Origin: a virus
DNA length: 64,000 bases
Virus record (IMG/VR): IMGVR_UViG_3300036978_000319
Coordinates: 14,532-78,531 of that record
Strand: one strand, 5' to 3'
In this document: piece after piece, positions 56,879 through 64,000 of the stretch
How positions within the stretch are numbered: the stretch's first letter is position 1
How the letters are laid out: every line of letters begins with the position of its first letter
Notes under the pieces: model-generated
Seen by the model: only the letters and a program-made list of their open reading frames with translations
Told to the model about the DNA's origin: nothing
The model's database searches: none
Made by a program: the position numbers and the translations under genes

Positions 56879-57142
56879 ATGACACCACTAGGAAAAAAAA
56901 TTTTAGTTATTAAGGAAACTGCCTCTAATATGAAGGGTACTCTATACATTCCGGAGTCAGGACGCACTTTAGAAGATCCACCATATATTGGTACTATCAT
57001 ATCTCGAGGTCCTCTCTGCACAGATCCTGACATAATTCCAGGGGCTAGAGTAGCCTATCACTGGACAACAGGGATCCCTATTCAGATAGGAGATGATAGC
57101 TGGGTTTTGCTTGATGAGAGTGAAATCACGGCTGTCCTGTAA
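56879..57142 (+). CDS. groES: GroES/Cpn10-like co-chaperonin
   Basis: PLGKKILV...GTLYIPES...GTIISRGP...LLDESEITAVL. Confidence 0.8.
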   Translation: MTPLGKKILVIKETASNMKGTLYIPESGRTLEDPPYIGTIISRGPLCTDPDIIPGARVAYHWTTGIPIQIGDDSWVLLDESEITAVL

Positions 57143-57180
57143 AAAAATTTCTTGATAGGATGAAACTATCAATAGATCTT

Positions 57181-57321
57181 GATATATAACTAGCAAAGGA
57201 ATCGTTCCTTTTGTGATAGGCAAGACAAGGCAAGTAAACAGGCAATCCCGGGCACGCAAGTTGGAAGCGTTGTTGAGCTTATCAGTAAGTTAAACAAACA
57301 AAAACAAAAAAGGCAAGTAAC
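57181..57321 (+). promoter_or_regulatory. Promoter motif and long structured leader of the SSB gene
   Basis: GATATATA at 57181, hairpin AAAGGAA-TCG-TTCCTTT at 57195-57211, repeated GGCAA/AAGGCAAGTAA, and an A-rich tract before the ATG. Confidence 0.55.
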
Positions 57322-58224
57322 ATGGCAAACGAATTTGACATTTTTAACATTAGTGTTGATGATCTCGACACTGGGGAACAAAAGAGTGGAGGCAGTGATC
57401 TCTACGCCCCCAAACCGGAACAGGGACAAGACGGAACATACAGCTCCCTAATCCGATTCCTACCTAACATTAAGAACCCGCGCAAACCCTACTTACGCAA
57501 GTATGTATATTGGTTGGAAGATGCTGAAGGCAAGGGCTTCTATGTTGACTCTCCTACCACTGTCGGTGAAAAGTGTATCGTACAGGATATGTTCTTTAAG
57601 CTTCGTAACAGTGAATCGGCTGTTGATAAGAAGATGGCCGAGAACCTAAAGCGAAAAGAAGTGTACTATGCACTCATACAAGTTGTAAAGGATCCGCAGA
57701 ACACAGCAGTTGAAGGTCAGATTAAGGTCTTTAAGTTTGGTTGGAAGCTTAAGCAGAAGATTGACGAAATGCTCAATCCTAAGTTTGACGAGCCTACACA
57801 GATCTTTGATCCCTTTGAAGGCAAGAACTTTGAACTTAACATTATAAAGAAGGGCGGATTCCCTAACTATGATGGCTGTAAATTCCAAGGCAAGACTATT
57901 CCGATGGTTCTTAACGGCAAGCAGGTTAAGAATGACGATGAATCTCGTAAGGCAATCATTGACTACCTTAAGGGTGCTCCTGAACTTGATAAGTGGGACT
58001 ATACTCCGTGGACCGATGACGACCGCTCACGAGTAGTTAATGCTCTTTCACAGTACACCTCTCCTGGCTCCTCAATCGCATCAGTGACTCGCTCTACTGC
58101 GGCAAGTCGCCCAGCGCCTGAGGTCGTAGCTGAACGTAAGGCTAAGCCTGAACCTGAGGCCGTGATGGAATCATCTGCCTCTGATGATAATCTTGACGAC
58201 TTCCTTGATGGGTTAGACCTATAA
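57322..58224 (+). CDS. Single-stranded DNA-binding protein (T4 gp32-like)
   Basis: LIRFLP, VVKDPQN...EGQIKVFKFG.K, IFDPFEGKNF.L, NYD, and an acidic tail (DDNLDDFLDGLDL). Confidence 0.9.
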   Translation: MANEFDIFNISVDDLDTGEQKSGGSDLYAPKPEQGQDGTYSSLIRFLPNIKNPRKPYLRKYVYWLEDAEGKGFYVDSPTTVGEKCIVQDMFFKLRNSESAVDKKMAENLKRKEVYYALIQVVKDPQNTAVEGQIKVFKFGWKLKQKIDEMLNPKFDEPTQIFDPFEGKNFELNIIKKGGFPNYDGCKFQGKTIPMVLNGKQVKNDDESRKAIIDYLKGAPELDKWDYTPWTDDDRSRVVNALSQYTSPGSSIASVTRSTAASRPAPEVVAERKAKPEPEAVMESSASDDNLDDFLDGLDL

Positions 58225-58232
58225 TAGGGAAT

Positions 58233-59309
58233 ATGAGTCAGACAGTGGAATTGACTAATGACATGAGATCCCGGATCACCGACAAGGTGGCCGGGATCCT
58301 CTACTTCTCTCATTCAGAGAGTGAAAAGCGACAAACACAGCTTAGTAAGGACCGGCTTAATTTTGCATGCCCATACTGTGGAGATTCATCAAGTAACCAT
58401 CGAAAGAAGAGAGGTAACATCTATTGGAATGATCTCTACTATCACTGCTATAATTGCGGTGTTCATGAAACTCTTGATGCATTTCTTGAACACTTCAATC
58501 ATAACTTTGAAGGCGAAGACAGGATTAATGTTCTAAACTACATTAGAGAGAACCTCCATCGAGTGTCTCTGCAAGAAAACCTAAACTTTCACCTATTTGA
58601 TGAGATCGAGGCACTTGCACTAACCTTTGATCAGGTTGCTCTTGGCTTTAATGTCTATCCTATTAATGAATCAACTCACCGCGCCTATCCCTATCTAAAG
58701 AGTAGGCTACTCCATAAGAACCTACGTTCATTTGGTTACGATCCTCGCCGAAAGGAGCTATACGTCTTTAACTATACTCCATCAGGTAAGATCATAGGCT
58801 TTCAGACACGTGCACTTGATGACACTAACGGTGGCCCAAAGTATAAGACATGGAACATGGAGAGGATTTATGATAGACTTAAGACACCTCATGGCCTTTC
58901 GGCTGATATAATTGAGAGCATAAATAAGATGTCAATGCTATTTGGAATTATGCAGGTTGACATGTCACAAGACTTTACCATATTTGAGGGTCCTATTGAC
59001 GCAAAGTTTATGCGTAACTCGGTTGGCATTACAGGTGTTAAGAAAAAGGTTAGCGAGTTTGATGAGATTCCAACTGCTCGCTATATGTTTGATAATGACA
59101 TTGAGGGAAAGCGTAAAATGATAGAGAAGGCAACTGCCGGACAGCGAGTTTTTATGTGGAAGAAGTTTCTTGAGGACTATCATATCCCTTCTAAAAAGGT
59201 TAAAGATCTAAACGATTTGGTTATGTATGAGTATAATAATAAGACAGGCTGCTTGCCTAGTATTAATTCTTACTTTACAACCAGCTCACTAGACATCATA
59301 TACCTATGA
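58233..59309 (+). CDS. DNA primase (T4 gp61-like)
   Basis: Zn ribbon NFACPYCGDS...YHCYNCG, GFQTR, and TOPRIM motifs FEGPID and DND. Confidence 0.9.
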   Translation: MSQTVELTNDMRSRITDKVAGILYFSHSESEKRQTQLSKDRLNFACPYCGDSSSNHRKKRGNIYWNDLYYHCYNCGVHETLDAFLEHFNHNFEGEDRINVLNYIRENLHRVSLQENLNFHLFDEIEALALTFDQVALGFNVYPINESTHRAYPYLKSRLLHKNLRSFGYDPRRKELYVFNYTPSGKIIGFQTRALDDTNGGPKYKTWNMERIYDRLKTPHGLSADIIESINKMSMLFGIMQVDMSQDFTIFEGPIDAKFMRNSVGITGVKKKVSEFDEIPTARYMFDNDIEGKRKMIEKATAGQRVFMWKKFLEDYHIPSKKVKDLNDLVMYEYNNKTGCLPSINSYFTTSSLDIIYL

Positions 59310-59530
59310 ATCATACTGAACTAATCGTGAGTGAAGAGCTTGACAATTTTTATGAAGACTCGGCTGAGCGTGAACAGCGTCTCAGGATGCTTCTCTCGTG
59401 GTCAAGCACAATACCCTCTTGTGAGCTGCCCTCTATGCAGATAGGTCCTCCTAAGAAAAAGTTCCAGCCTAAGACAACTATTCGTACTCCTAAGAAAGCA
59501 AATGACAGAAGAAGAAACTCAACTTTTTGA
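59306..59530 (+). CDS. Small hypothetical protein
   Basis: 74 aa; overlaps both neighbours. Confidence 0.5.
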   Translation: MNHTELIVSEELDNFYEDSAEREQRLRMLLSWSSTIPSCELPSMQIGPPKKKFQPKTTIRTPKKANDRRRNSTF

Positions 59531-60005
59531 GGCTATCTCCGCTCCGGCCAAACTGGCTGAGTACAGTGAGCAGTCGGCTAAGGGAGCAGGCGAAAAGCTT
59601 GAGGAAAAGCTTCTCTCTGACAAGAAGAAGTGGACGGCTGACATAAGACAGCTTATTGAGAGAACTCGTGAGATGAGAAATCTTACTGAGTGTCAGGTTG
59701 ACATGCTATCCTGGCGGCAGATGATTGTTGACAAGATTGTACTTCTTAAATCAACCGTCTATAAAAGACGTGCTCATTGGGATAAGTATCATAAGCAAAA
59801 GTACCGTGGCTATACCCTTGACTACGACATTAAGCTAACTAAGGATGAAAAGATCTCCTTTATTGATGCTGACATGGCTGCTCTTAAGTTTCAGATTCGT
59901 TTGATAGAGTCTCATATTGAGTTCTACCAGGACACTGTCCGAACTCTTGATAATTTGGCATTTGCTATCAGGAACCGAATCCGTCTAAGTGAAGATGACT
60001 TTTGA
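59502..60005 (+). CDS. UvsY-like recombination mediator
   Basis: Helical 167-aa protein directly upstream of UvsW; C-terminal FIDADM...LDNLAFAIRNRI resembles UvsY. Confidence 0.6.
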   Translation: MTEEETQLFEAISAPAKLAEYSEQSAKGAGEKLEEKLLSDKKKWTADIRQLIERTREMRNLTECQVDMLSWRQMIVDKIVLLKSTVYKRRAHWDKYHKQKYRGYTLDYDIKLTKDEKISFIDADMAALKFQIRLIESHIEFYQDTVRTLDNLAFAIRNRIRLSEDDF

Positions 60006-60047
60006 TCTCTAGCTTGCCTAATAAATAGAATTGGAATAGAACAACGA

Positions 60048-61550
60048 ATGGAGATCCGCCTAAGCGACAATAAAAAGTTTATGATCATTGACTCATGCAC
60101 CGAGCTTGAGTATGCGCAGCTTAAGGCCAGTCTTACCAAGAAGGTTGACGGCTGGCGGTTCCATCCGCTTGTTAAGAAGGGTATCTGGGATGGTAACATT
60201 AGCTTTATTAAGAAGAACCTTATCCCAGCCGGTCTCTGGAAAGAAGTGGTTGACATCTGTAAAGAGTATGACTTGCCGCTTAGCATGAGTGGAATCACTA
60301 ACATCTTTGACGGCACTATTACACAAGATGCCTTTGATACATGGGTTGAAGAGTTCTTTGCAGGCAGCTCAATTAAACCTAGAGACTATCAGATTGATGC
60401 GGCATTTAAGATCCTTAAGTACAGACGCTGCCTAGCTGAATTGGCAACATCGGCTGGTAAGACACTCATCTCATTCATGGTCATTGCCTACCTAATGGAG
60501 GTCCTGGGTAAGAAAAAGATCCTGATGATTGTTCCTAACGTAAGTCTTGTCATTCAGGCAACTGGAGACTTTGACGAGTATAACCGGTCAAAATTAAGTC
60601 TTAAGATCCAGCAGATCTATGCAGGTGTCAAGCTAAGACCTAGCAGCAACATTGTTGTCGGTACATATCAGTCTCTTGTCAACTATGATGAGGACTATTT
60701 TAAGCAGTTTGATGCTGTCCTAATTGATGAAACACATAAGGCAAATGCAAAGTCAATCCAAACTATTATGGATAAGTGTTGGCATTGTGACTATCGCTTT
60801 GGCTTAAGTGGCACGGTTCCAAAACGAGGCACAACCAATAGGCTCTCTCTTATGTCAGCAATGGGACCTCTTGTCATTCAAGTGAAGGCTAACTATCTGC
60901 AGGAGGAAGGCCATATTTCAAACTGTAAGGTTATGCAGTTTAACATGGACTATGCAACGGTTGAGCAGCGAGAGAGCTTTGCCTTTCTCTCAAAGAACCC
61001 TCGTGAACGTAAGCAGCTCTTTGACCTTGAGCGCAACTTTATTAACACTAGCGAAAAGCGTCTTGACTTTGTAACAAAGGTGATCTCAAAGTCACAGAAC
61101 AACTCATTGGTCCTTTTTCATAAGATCACTTACGGTGAACAGCTCTACCGAAAGCTTAGGGACATCACTGATAAGAAGGTCTATTATGTAGACGGTACAA
61201 TTAATAGTGGCCTGCGAGAAGAGTTTAAGTCAAGAATGGAGGCAGGTGACGATGTCATTATAGTTGCAAGCTACGGTACATTTTCTACAGGGATTTCGAT
61301 CCGCAATATACATAACATCTTCTTTACTGAAAGTTTTAAGAGTGAGGTTATCATTCGCCAGTCGATAGGTCGTGGTCTAAGAAAGCATCATAGTAAGGAG
61401 TTGGTTAAGATCTATGACTTTGTTGATGACTTTAGGTATAAGGATTCTGACATTGACTGGGTGAACTACACGTATCGTCATGGTATGGAGCGGCGAAAGA
61501 TATATAAAGAGGAACAGTTCCCATATGAAGTGCAAGACGTTAAGTTTTAG
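60048..61550 (+). CDS. uvsW: UvsW-like SF2 helicase
   Basis: PRDYQ, ATSAGKT (I), DETH (II), GLSGT (III), ASYGTFSTGISI (V) and QSIGRGLR (VI). Confidence 0.92.
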   Translation: MEIRLSDNKKFMIIDSCTELEYAQLKASLTKKVDGWRFHPLVKKGIWDGNISFIKKNLIPAGLWKEVVDICKEYDLPLSMSGITNIFDGTITQDAFDTWVEEFFAGSSIKPRDYQIDAAFKILKYRRCLAELATSAGKTLISFMVIAYLMEVLGKKKILMIVPNVSLVIQATGDFDEYNRSKLSLKIQQIYAGVKLRPSSNIVVGTYQSLVNYDEDYFKQFDAVLIDETHKANAKSIQTIMDKCWHCDYRFGLSGTVPKRGTTNRLSLMSAMGPLVIQVKANYLQEEGHISNCKVMQFNMDYATVEQRESFAFLSKNPRERKQLFDLERNFINTSEKRLDFVTKVISKSQNNSLVLFHKITYGEQLYRKLRDITDKKVYYVDGTINSGLREEFKSRMEAGDDVIIVASYGTFSTGISIRNIHNIFFTESFKSEVIIRQSIGRGLRKHHSKELVKIYDFVDDFRYKDSDIDWVNYTYRHGMERRKIYKEEQFPYEVQDVKF

Positions 61551-61609
61551 GATCTCTTCTTCCTGCCTTGATATATAATTCAACATAAAGAAACTAAAAA
61601 GAACATCAC

Positions 61610-62596
61610 ATGAAACATATTAAGAAATTCTCACAATTGGTCACTGAGTCATCAGATAAGGCTGCTGAGATCCAAGAGGTTGTTAAAAAACTTGGTTACG
61701 GTAGTCTTAAAGAAATCCAGCAGGAAAAATCACTCTTAACTAAATTAGAGTCTCTTATGAAAGAGCTAGCCAAGTCATCTGACGTTAGTGAGGACGAGGC
61801 AGATGAAATCGAGGCAAAGGTTGTTGCTAAGGGAGAACCTAAGTCTCTTGCTAACAAACTGGGAAAGAAGGAACAGGACGGTGAGCCAGGCGGCAGTAAT
61901 GAAGAAGAAGTTGATGAAGATGCAGCTGAAGATATTGAGGATGCTAAACTTAAGCTAGGAGAGCCAGAGAGCCACGGCGAAGATGAGGGTGATGTTGTAG
62001 TTACAAAAGACCAGGAAATTGAAGAAGAGCCTGCAACTTCACCTGAGGATGAGAAGGCTGGGACAAAGATTCCAAAGTCTCGCATTATGAGTTTTGAACA
62101 ATTTGTTAAGGAGCAAACTACGACTGTGAATAAGAACGTAAGCTATCGCAATGATGCCGAGGAAGAGGACGATGCTCTACCGGTTGCTGAGGATACGGCT
62201 GAGGATATTGAGGCTAAGATTGTTGCATTAGGTAAGCCACGTAAGCATGGTGAAGCTGAAGGTGAAGTGGCTGTTACAAAAGATCAGGAGATTACTGAGG
62301 ATACGGCTGAGGATATTGAGGCTAAGATTGTTGCATTAGGTAAGCCACGTAAGCATGGTGAAGCTGAAGGTGAAGTGGCTGTTACAAGAGACCAGGAGAT
62401 TACTCAGGTTGTGACAGAGCAAAAGGTTTCCAATGAAAAGGAGTTTGAAGAGTATGCAATCTCTGTCTTAAAGAAGTCTCACCCTGATGATTTTGACCAA
62501 GAAGTAGCTGACAAAGTGATCTCGGGTCTTAAGTCAAAGTATAAAAGTGATTTTGGTGCTATGGTAGGTGCTCTACAAAGCAGCATGGGTAAATAA
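61610..62596 (+). CDS. Acidic repeat-containing internal head/core-like protein
   Basis: Starts MKHIKKFSQLVTES and has internal RIMSFEQFVKE; very Glu/Asp-rich; GATATATA at 61570. Confidence 0.65.
   Translation: MKHIKKFSQLVTESSDKAAEIQEVVKKLGYGSLKEIQQEKSLLTKLESLMKELAKSSDVSEDEADEIEAKVVAKGEPKSLANKLGKKEQDGEPGGSNEEEVDEDAAEDIEDAKLKLGEPESHGEDEGDVVVTKDQEIEEEPATSPEDEKAGTKIPKSRIMSFEQFVKEQTTTVNKNVSYRNDAEEEDDALPVAEDTAEDIEAKIVALGKPRKHGEAEGEVAVTKDQEITEDTAEDIEAKIVALGKPRKHGEAEGEVAVTRDQEITQVVTEQKVSNEKEFEEYAISVLKKSHPDDFDQEVADKVISGLKSKYKSDFGAMVGALQSSMGK
62187..62404 (+). repeat. 108-bp near-perfect tandem duplication
   Basis: EDTAEDIEAKIVALGKPRKHGEAEGEVAVT(K/R)DQEIT twice; copies start at 62187 and 62295. Confidence 0.9.
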
Positions 62597-62604
62597 GTTT
62601 TAGC

Positions 62605-63879
62605 ATGAAATACGTAATGTTGTTTGAACAATGGCTGGCCGAACGCCAGCCATTGTTATTAGAAGGAGGAGCGGCTGGGCATATGATGCATCCATTTGAT
62701 GACACTGGCCTAACATTTGGCGATCTTAAGACAATGGTGACGGCCGGTCTATCAGGTAATCTTACATTTAGCGAAGACCCTACCGAGAAAACCGATGGTC
62801 AAAATGTCTTTGCCACAATTCAAGATGGTGAGGTGAAGTTTGCAAGAAACAAGACCGAGCTAAAGACTCCTATGACACTTTCACAGTTTAAGGATAAGTT
62901 CAAGGATCATCCATCACCACTTGTCCGTGATACATTTCAGTTTGCGGCTGATGACCTGGCTTCTCAACTCATAAAGCTACCTACAAGTGCACAGGAAGAT
63001 TATTTTAGAGACGGCCTTGACTTTATGAACATGGAGCTCATCTATTCACTAAATCCTAATGTCATTCACTATGACACTAACGTGATCCAGTTTCACGGGA
63101 TCAAAGAGACTGATGGCCAAGGTAACATAACAGGCGATAGCCGTGACCCGGCTGCAGCTCGCACTCTTGCCAAAATGCTTCAGCAGGTTAATGCAGACCT
63201 AGGAAAGACCTTTAAGATCATTCCTCCTAAGATCATTCAACTTATGAAGGATGTTAATTTTGCTGATAATGCGACAAGGTTCATTACACAAATTGACAGC
63301 CTACGTAATCGGTACGGATTAGGCGATAGTGACACCATTTCCAAATACAATGAAATGTGGTGGAGAGAGCAAATAGACCGTAATTTTCCAGGACTTGACG
63401 AGCAGGTTAGAGAAGGCCTTGTCTTGCGCTGGGCATATGATGATAAGAAGACTCTTGATATGAGATCTCTTGCTAAAATAGTTGACCCAGCCACTCTTGC
63501 CGCAATCAAGAAGTTTGACCAGGAGGACTTTAAGGCTAAGTTTAAAGAAAACGTTGAACCCTTTGAGGACATATTTCTTGAAGTTGGCTCAATTGTGCTA
63601 AAGAACGCAACTGACTTTCTTGCTGCTTCGCCTGAAATAGAAGCGCAGCGACTCCGTGCTGAGATCATACAGGCGGCTGACAGTATTAAGAAGACCGGTA
63701 GCACTGACCAAGTGGCTAAGGTTTCGCGAGAACTTAAAAGACTTGAAAAGATTGGCGGAATTGACGCAGTCCTACCAACCGAAGGCATTGTCTTTAAGTA
63801 TAATGGTAAGGTCTATAAGCTAACTGGCGCATTTGCGGCAATCAATCAGCTATTAGGTGCAATTAAGTACGGCAGATAG
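62605..63879 (+). CDS. RNA-ligase-like covalent nucleotidyltransferase with head-targeting-like N-terminus
   Basis: Motif I TEKTDGQN, III NMELI, IIIa IQFH, IV EGIVF, V YKLTG; starts MKYVMLFEQWLAE. Confidence 0.65.
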   Translation: MKYVMLFEQWLAERQPLLLEGGAAGHMMHPFDDTGLTFGDLKTMVTAGLSGNLTFSEDPTEKTDGQNVFATIQDGEVKFARNKTELKTPMTLSQFKDKFKDHPSPLVRDTFQFAADDLASQLIKLPTSAQEDYFRDGLDFMNMELIYSLNPNVIHYDTNVIQFHGIKETDGQGNITGDSRDPAAARTLAKMLQQVNADLGKTFKIIPPKIIQLMKDVNFADNATRFITQIDSLRNRYGLGDSDTISKYNEMWWREQIDRNFPGLDEQVREGLVLRWAYDDKKTLDMRSLAKIVDPATLAAIKKFDQEDFKAKFKENVEPFEDIFLEVGSIVLKNATDFLAASPEIEAQRLRAEIIQAADSIKKTGSTDQVAKVSRELKRLEKIGGIDAVLPTEGIVFKYNGKVYKLTGAFAAINQLLGAIKYGR

Positions 63880-63932
63880 TTTCATTGACAGAATGTGATG
63901 TTATCCTTGCTGATAAATAAGTAAACACTAAT

Positions 63933-64000
63933 ATGGGAAAGTTTGTTGACACCTTTAAGATATTTGAGTCTAAATACCAAACTTATCAGGACTATTCCCA
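63933..64000 (+). CDS. Start of a further ORF, truncated by the window end
   Basis: MGKFVDTFKIFESKYQTYQDYS... behind GATAAATA at 63912. Confidence 0.5.
   Translation, partial: MGKFVDTFKIFESKYQTYQDYS

Noticed and set aside
1-64000. Alternative genetic code (stop-codon reassignment)
   Set aside because: Long genes are intact in the standard code, and TAA, TAG and TGA each end recognisable proteins at sensible positions.
1-64000. tRNA/rRNA genes, introns, inteins, integrase or transposase
   Set aside because: None recognised by eye. Intergenic gaps are short, and ligase, primase and UvsW are of normal length. tRNAscan and Infernal would be needed to exclude them formally.
1-64000. Eukaryotic giant virus or bacterial chromosome origin (suggested by BCS1, DnaJ, S1)
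   Set aside because: The contractile-tail baseplate and neck genes and the gp32/gp61/UvsW cluster identify a T4-like phage.

Overview
This window is a gene-dense, almost entirely plus-strand segment of a large T4-like (myovirus-type, probably jumbo) bacteriophage genome read in the standard genetic code. The host is probably Bacteroidota. That is an inference from A-rich start regions without obvious Shine-Dalgarno sites, TAnnTTT(G/A)-type early promoters and a Bacteroidota-style membrane/lysis protein. Layout: (1) 1-8.9 kb is an accessory/early region with a lysozyme-fold protein, putative internal head proteins, DnaJ, a BCS1-like AAA ATPase flanked by a 31-bp direct repeat, a SWIM-finger protein, ATP-dependent DNA ligase and dCMP deaminase. 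(2) 8.9-16.1 kb holds a 1798-aa Cys-rich 15-aa-repeat fibre followed by a GT9-like glycosyltransferase and a sulfotransferase. (3) 18-55.5 kb is a baseplate/tail/neck cluster (gp53-, gp27-, gp5-, gp13-, gp25-, gp6-, gp7- and gp3-like genes plus fibres) with a multi-S1-domain protein and an amidoligase inside it. (4) 56-61.5 kb is a replication/recombination cluster (RuvC-like, GroES-like, gp32 SSB, primase, UvsY, UvsW). (5) 61.6-64 kb encodes head-targeted proteins, including an RNA-ligase-like nucleotidyltransferase. Patterns that recur across the window: a GATATATA/GATAAATA late-promoter motif; inverted repeats straddling some of those promoters; and a shared N-terminal 'K-H-I-x-x-F-x-x-F-x-x-E' capsid-targeting-like motif on many unrelated proteins. 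All product calls come from motif recognition by eye; no database search was run.
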